DNA of 48,241 nucleotides from a virus (Duplodnaviria; Heunggongvirae; Uroviricota; Caudoviricetes): IMG/VR virus record IMGVR_UViG_2617270956_000008, positions 1 to 48,241 of that record; one strand, 5' to 3'. Shown piece by piece: positions 45,836 to 48,241 of this stretch (position 1 is its first letter; each line of letters starts with the position of its first letter). The notes under the pieces were generated by a model. It saw only the letters and a program-made list of their open reading frames with translations, ran no database searches and was not told where the DNA came from. The position numbers and the translations under genes were made by a program.

Positions 45836-48241
45836 ATGAGTAAAGTCTTTATTTGCGCCGCCATTCCGGACGAACAGGCAATAAAGGAAGAAGGTGCCGT
45901 CGCTGTAGCCACTGCCATTGAAGCCGGTGATGAACGTCGCGCCCGCGCAAAATTTCACTGGCAATTCCTGGAACATTATCCGGCTGCTCAGGACTGCGCT
46001 TATAAATTTCTTGTTTGCGAGGATAAACCCGGTATACCCCGCCCTGCCCTCGATTCCTGGGATGCTGAATATATGCAGGAAAACCGCTGGGATGAGGAAT
46101 CCGCTTCCTTTATTCCGGTCGAACCAGAATCCGATCCGATGAACGTCAATTTTGACAAGCTGTCCCTTGAAGTACAGAACGCGGTCCTGGTTAAGTTCGG
46201 TACATGTGAAAACATCACCGTTGATATGGCGATTGACGCGCAGGAATTACTGCAGGAAGACGTTGCTACCTTTGACGGGCATATCGTTGAAGCACTGATG
46301 AAAACGCCTGAAATTAACGCTATGTATCCGGAACGCAAACTGTTCGCTATCGGATGGGTTAAACACAAATGTAATCCGGGTGCCAAATGGCCAGAAATTC
46401 AGGCTGAATTACGTAACTGGAAAAAACGGCAGGACGCAGAGCGCAAAGAGACTGGAAAATACACGTCTGTTGTTGATCTCGCCCGCGCCAGAGTCAATCA
46501 ACAGCACACTGAAAACTCAGCAGGAAAAATCAACCCAGTCACTGCCGCCATTTGTCGCGAATACAAGCAGACATGGAAAACGCTGGATGAAGAACTGGCC
46601 TACGCTCTCTGGCCTGGCGATATTGATACCGGAAACATTGACGGCAGCATCCATCGCTGGGCAAAAAATGAAGTTATCGACAAAGATCGCGAAGACTGGA
46701 AGCGCATTTCCGCATCAATGCGCAAACAACCCGATGCCGTTCGCTACGACCGTCAGACTATTTTTGGCCTTGTCCGTGAGCGTCCGATCGACATTCACAA
46801 AGATCCCGTAGCACTGAACAAATACATCACTGAATACCTGACTACCAAGGGCGTGTTTGAAGATGACGAAGGAACAAATCAGGGCGCAGCTGGTACTCTC
46901 CCGTCACCAGTACCAGAAACTGATGCAGTGGAAACGGCAATGCCGGACAACGAAAAAACCGAATGCGAAGTGGAAGACGAACCATCTGTAGAGCGTGAGG
47001 GACCGTTCTACTTCCTTTTCACCGATAAGGACGGCGAAAAATACGGTCGCGCAAACAAACTTTCTGGTCTGGAAAAAGCACTGGCCCTGGGAGCTACGGA
47101 AATCACAAAAGAGGAATACTTCGCACGTAAAAACGGCACGTACTCAGGTTCACAACAAAATACTGGTGCATCTGACACGATCGCACAACCAGAGCCGGTA
47201 AAAGTTACCGCTGACGAAGTAAACAAAATTATGCAGGCAGCCAATATCAGCCAGCCTGACGCCAATAAGTTGCTTGCTGTATCACGTGGTGAATTTGTTG
47301 CAGGGATTAGCGACCCGAATGATCCGAAATGGGTGAAGGGGATTGAAACCCGCGATTCAGTGAATCAGAACCAGCAAGAAACGGAACAGAACGGCCAGAA
47401 AGCGGAACAAAACAGCCCAAATGCGTTACAAAACGAGCCAGAAACGAAACATCCTGAACCAGTGGCGCAACAGGAAGTGGAAAAAGTCTGCACCGCCTGC
47501 GGTCAGACCGGCGGCGGCAACTACCCTGATTGTGGCGCGGTGATGGGCGACGCAACATACCAGGAAACATTCGATGAAGAGTATCAGGTTGAAGTTCAGG
47601 AAGATGATCCGGAGGAAATGGAAGGCGCTGAACATCCACACAAGGAGAACACTGGCGGCAATCAGCATCACGATAGCGATAATGAAACTGGCGAGACGGC
47701 AGATCACTCAATTAAGGTGAACGGTCATCAAGAAATCACATCCACCAGCAGGACGTGTGACCATCTAATGATCGACCTTGAAACCATGGGAAAAAATCCT
47801 GATGCCCCGATCATCTCAATAGGTGCAATATTTTTCGATCCGCAAACCGGAGATATGGGACCGGAATTTAGTAAGACTATCGATCTGGAAACTGCTGGCG
47901 GGGTCATTGATCGGGACACCATTAAATGGTGGCTTAAGCAATCACGCGAAGCGCAATCTGCCATTATGACCGATGAAATCCCGTTAGATGATGCACTGTT
48001 ACAATTGCGGGAATTTATCGACGAAAACTCCGGTGAATTTTTTGTTCAGGTCTGGGGAAATGGAGCCAACTTCGACAACACGATTTTGCGCCGTTCATAC
48101 GAACGGCAGGGGATCCCCTGCCCGTGGCGTTACTACAACGATCGCGATGTACGCACAATCGTTGAGCTGGGGAAAGCCATAGACTTCGATGCCAGAACGG
48201 CTATTCCATTCGAAGGTGAGCGCCATAATGCACTTGATGAC
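45836..48241 (+). CDS. RecE/YdfE-like recombination exonuclease with C-terminal DEDDh (DnaQ-like) 3'-5' exonuclease domain, 3' end beyond window
   Basis: 802 codons open from the ATG at 45836 (GAGG SD) with no stop before the window end. RecE-like middle region (SRGEFVAGISDPNDPKWVKGIETRD, CTACGQTGGGNYPDCGAVMGDATYQETFDEE). C-terminal motifs IDLETMG, WGNGANFDN and HNALDD. Confidence 0.8.
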   Translation, partial: MSKVFICAAIPDEQAIKEEGAVAVATAIEAGDERRARAKFHWQFLEHYPAAQDCAYKFLVCEDKPGIPRPALDSWDAEYMQENRWDEESASFIPVEPESDPMNVNFDKLSLEVQNAVLVKFGTCENITVDMAIDAQELLQEDVATFDGHIVEALMKTPEINAMYPERKLFAIGWVKHKCNPGAKWPEIQAELRNWKKRQDAERKETGKYTSVVDLARARVNQQHTENSAGKINPVTAAICREYKQTWKTLDEELAYALWPGDIDTGNIDGSIHRWAKNEVIDKDREDWKRISASMRKQPDAVRYDRQTIFGLVRERPIDIHKDPVALNKYITEYLTTKGVFEDDEGTNQGAAGTLPSPVPETDAVETAMPDNEKTECEVEDEPSVEREGPFYFLFTDKDGEKYGRANKLSGLEKALALGATEITKEEYFARKNGTYSGSQQNTGASDTIAQPEPVKVTADEVNKIMQAANISQPDANKLLAVSRGEFVAGISDPNDPKWVKGIETRDSVNQNQQETEQNGQKAEQNSPNALQNEPETKHPEPVAQQEVEKVCTACGQTGGGNYPDCGAVMGDATYQETFDEEYQVEVQEDDPEEMEGAEHPHKENTGGNQHHDSDNETGETADHSIKVNGHQEITSTSRTCDHLMIDLETMGKNPDAPIISIGAIFFDPQTGDMGPEFSKTIDLETAGGVIDRDTIKWWLKQSREAQSAIMTDEIPLDDALLQLREFIDENSGEFFVQVWGNGANFDNTILRRSYERQGIPCPWRYYNDRDVRTIVELGKAIDFDARTAIPFEGERHNALDD

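Larger units (their letters stand above)
9334..48241. mobile_element. lambdoid prophage (HK97-like head, Mu-like contractile tail, Qin/DicA-like early region), truncated by window end
   Basis: Contiguous phage modules from tail fibre to recombination exonuclease; bounded on the left by the tRNA-Ser fragment. Confidence 0.85.

Noticed and set aside
1-48241. Integrase, transposase or IS element
   Set aside because: No ORF in the window resembles a tyrosine or serine recombinase or a DDE transposase; the prophage integrase is presumably beyond the right end of the window.

Overview
The window holds two different elements meeting at a 62-nt tRNA-Ser 3' fragment (9272-9333, minus strand), which looks like a phage/island attachment core. 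Left of it (1-9260) is an AT-rich island remnant: an H-NS paralogue, an 80-aa truncated H-NS-like (H-NST-type) protein, an AlpA-family regulator, a YfjJ-like protein, a RepL-like winged-helix protein and several orphan genes, including a two-gene cassette of unknown function (1-2196) behind a 1.35-kb untranslated leader with paired hairpin repeats. Right of it (about 9334 to the window end) is a near-complete mosaic lambdoid prophage, read almost entirely on the minus strand. It has a Mu-like contractile tail module (tail fibre, baseplate, tape measure, chaperone with a -1 frameshift site, tube, sheath), an HK97-like head and packaging module (capsid, protease, portal, TerL, TerS, HNH), a lambda-like lysis cassette (holin, R, Rz/Rz1), a Q-like antiterminator, a hokD toxin, O/P-like replication genes and a DicC/DicA immunity switch. 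On the plus strand it carries the ydfA-ydfB-ydfC-dicF-(Rha)-dicB-ydfD operon and a large RecE-like exonuclease gene that runs off the window. Three AT-rich morons interrupt the prophage; the strongest candidate for an undescribed system is the 463-aa P-loop ATPase in the Q-to-holin hotspot (32320-33711), followed by the 1-2196 cassette. All assignments come from reading the translations and sequence motifs and from recalled family features; no database search was run. Several gene starts were moved from the ORF-track coordinates, which use GTG/TTG starts, to internal ATGs with Shine-Dalgarno (SD) support.
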